A DNA stretch of 63,970 nt, filler included, from Dimargaris cristalligena (taxonomy: Eukaryota): assembly GCA_003614675.1 (NCBI GenBank). It is 8 parts of 8 records of this genome, joined end to end, with 100 filler letters (N's around TTAATTAATTAA, not from the genome) between each part and the next. Parts side by side here need not be neighbours in the genome. Positions count along the whole stretch, not along the records: positions 56,083 to 63,970 come from ML003380.1; 7 more parts are not named here. One strand, 5' to 3'. Each line of letters begins with the position of its first letter. Position 1 is the first letter of the stretch. A model generated the notes under the pieces. That model searched no databases and was not told the origin of the DNA. It saw only the letters and a program-made list of their open reading frames with translations. A program made the position numbers and the translations under genes. Below, one piece after another: positions 61,501-63,970 of this stretch.

Positions 61501-62435
61501 TTGCGGTCGGCGAACAGATCGTGCGACCGGGTGACTTCGTAGCGCGGATAATTCCAGCGCCCAATGGAAGCCATCACGGACGTGGTCATGCTATTGGAGT
61601 CAAAGGGCTCGATGCGTCGATGGTAGATGAAAACAATTCGTTTAAAGGCCTCTACCACAGCGGGGCTCAATCGAACCACCGGTCCTAGCAATTTCAATAC
61701 CTTGGCATGCCACGGCGACTGCCGATCCAGGGGGGTATCGGATGGCTGGGAGGCCGGGGAATTGGACGATGATGAGGTGGGCGAAGGGGACGGGGCTTTG
61801 CGGGGTTTGAAGAACGACAGGGTGCGCTGGGACCGACTTAGTTTGACGTATTGCTCAATGAGCCCACTGCGTGTTTTCGCCAGTTTGGTTTTCGTATCCG
61901 CGGGCTTACACACCGTCCGCAGTTCCTCAAGGGTCAGTAATTGCAGATGGGCTTCGAGACTGGTGATTTCGCACTCCCCACGAAGTAGTATGGGCAGGGT
62001 CGTTGAGCTTAGTTCCTCGACCACGGTGGCCATATCCGTGATTTCCGGGTAGTTGATCTGGCTTTGCCGGGTCCAGTCGGGTTTGCGCAGGAATAGACGC
62101 ACGGCGAGGTACTGGGCTGGGATAGATAGGCTATTGAAGAGCGAGCAGTAGGTCAATTCCGTCTCATTGAGAAGATACTGCTCCCCATCAAGCACCGTAT
62201 TTAAATTGGTTTGGAACGTGTCCAAGTAGTACTGTTTGAGGGCGGGGGGGTCGGTGGTACCACCAGTGGATATTGACGAGTCACTTCTGGTTAGTTTTTG
62301 TCGCTTGGCTATTGCAGTAGGCTCCTCGGACCTGGTCCTGGAAAGCGAAGGGGTAGAGGGACGCGGTTCTCTAACCGGAGACTCGGTCGATTGAGGTTCT
62401 TCGTCATCGCCAGTGAGGTCAATGACCAGGGACAT
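58582..62435 (-). CDS. FAN1: Fanconi-associated nuclease 1 (VRR-NUC), multi-exon
   Basis: LAVRLFLRK.DW and KRGPWYERLAL motifs; spliced C-terminus DYRHNRSGLPDL|IWN...AVE|VKGPGDTLSETQK|TWIDILLTLGLDVELCIV. Confidence 0.88.
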
Positions 62436-63103
62436 GGTAGGGCAGACGAGGGGGTTGTTGGAAAAGACGACCTAATTGGCATGTGAGGAGGCAAGGCATT
62501 CAAGACACTTTTTCCTGGTGTTTTTCGCTGTTAAGGAATGGGCCAGTATGGGCTATATAGTATTAGGGAAGCACATAACATAACACATAAATAGCGCAAG
62601 AAAAAGAACTGGTAGACTGCGGTAACTGGGTTGACTAGCCTAATAGAGGTTCTCCCCATTATTGGACTTACCAGATTAGGCAGGGGAAGGGGACTCAGGA
62701 AGTGGAGATATAACCGCTCTAGGTTTAGATCGCACAACTCTAGTTACGGCAGCAGCCATTAGTTTGGAGAGACGCTCGTCCATAAATAATTTGTTCACTC
62801 GTTATTTGGGCTATATCACAATCTAGCGGAGAAAACTACGGCGTCATTCAGGGGTTTAATCCGATTGAACTAAATCATTACATTCACCAGCCACCCGTAG
62901 ACTATATACTAATAGCACCTCTTCCTACCCAACCTAGACAGCTGTAGGCTTGATATAGAATATAGGATCATAATGTACCATTCGATTGACGGTTTATTTT
63001 GGATACTATTTAATAAAGTCGGCGAATGACGGATTCCTAGCAAGATGTACTGGTGTATCAATGGAATGCAAGATGTATTCCCCCATTAGGAGCAACTGTT
63101 ATT

Positions 63104-63535
63104 TTAGTGGGCTTTTTCGTAAATCACCTTGTTGAGGCCCAGTTGGTTCCGAGCGATTTCGACGCAGTAGAACTGGGTGCGCACCACGAACATGGTGTTG
63201 GCTTCAGTGTACCCCTGGTCATAGTGCTTACGAAGCAAACAGCCGAAGTTGTAGTCCTTTACCCGATTCTCGTACTTCTCGATAAACCCCCGCCAGGTGA
63301 TCTTGGCCGCGGGCGACTTGAAGTCATTCTCGTCCAATGCTTCGACGTTGATGTGCGGGAACGTGGTGCGGAAATCGGAGTACAGCTCGTTGTCGATGGG
63401 CGTGAGGCGGAGTTTGGTGCAGTCCACCTTCTCCAGCAACCCGTAGTAGGTCTCGGCGTGGTACATGGCCTTGACGGCCCACTGCTTCTCGATCTCCTCG
63501 AGCTGTTCCAAATCTTCGGCTTTGGGTAGGACCAT
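63104..63535 (-). CDS. PBDC1: Polysaccharide biosynthesis domain protein (PBDC1/YPL225W family)
   Basis: EIEKQWAVKA, LRLTPIDNELY..FR..FP, DYNFGCLLR and RTQFYCVEIARN motifs. Confidence 0.88.
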   Translation of the reverse strand: MVLPKAEDLEQLEEIEKQWAVKAMYHAETYYGLLEKVDCTKLRLTPIDNELYSDFRTTFPHINVEALDENDFKSPAAKITWRGFIEKYENRVKDYNFGCLLRKHYDQGYTEANTMFVVRTQFYCVEIARNQLGLNKVIYEKAH

Positions 63536-63970
63536 GGTGGCTGTGAATGAGGGGGGAAATTGGATAGACCGGGTAAGACTAAAGGCGAGGTTGGGGTGGT
63601 GAACGGGACAGGCTCGAAATAAAGAGCGACTGAAAATGGGGGAAAGAGCGAGGGGCCGTCGTCTGAGGAGAAGAAAAAAGGGATATAGGTTTAGGAGAGA
63701 ATGTCGAGATTCACTACAATCTACTCGGCGGGATATTGCTTCGGCAGCCAAACAGTTCTGTGAAAAAAATTGTGAGGGTGATCAAGCCTGAGATAAAGGC
63801 GCTTTAACAAGCCGTGGGGGGGTTGTACAACACATACAAAAACCAGTCATCAATAATCCCTGTGAATAAGAGAGGCCTACACATATCTAAAGCAATGGCC
63901 TTTATTCTTGCACCTTCAGAGTATAACCACAGAGGACTTAAATCTATCCCGGCCCACCGCCTGTCTTGGA

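Overview
Eukaryotic, intron-containing fungal DNA. The gene set (eIF3L, KIN17, FAN1, ITFG2, ASCC2-like) suggests an early-diverging fungus; this is inference. The window is eight unrelated ~7.9-kb contigs joined by artificial 100-bp N-TTAATTAATTAA-N linkers, so adjacency across linkers means nothing. Host genes: SEM1/DSS1, KIN17/Rts2, a PPR-like mitochondrial protein, eIF3L, a Tho1/SARNP-like 3' end, XPB/SSL2, a divergent beta-tubulin, ASCC2/Cue3, a hotdog thioesterase, an ITFG2 3' fragment, FAN1, PBDC1, two secreted repeat proteins and two tRNAs. The most notable feature is a ~6.35-kb element (17553-23908) bounded by imperfect 22-bp terminal inverted repeats. It encodes a dUTPase fused in frame to a Gypsy-type DDE integrase, with no recognisable RT or gag. 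It also carries compact intronless cargo: a PD-(D/E)xK-like nuclease with a Cys/His-rich tail, an APH-like kinase, a Cys-rich protein and an orphan ORF. It looks like a Ginger-like or virus-like cargo-carrying DNA transposon, inactivated by C-to-T nonsense changes. Second, a LINE (ORF1 plus APE-RT) is preceded by a tandem array of four ~28-nt micro-exon-like units ending exactly at its start codon.
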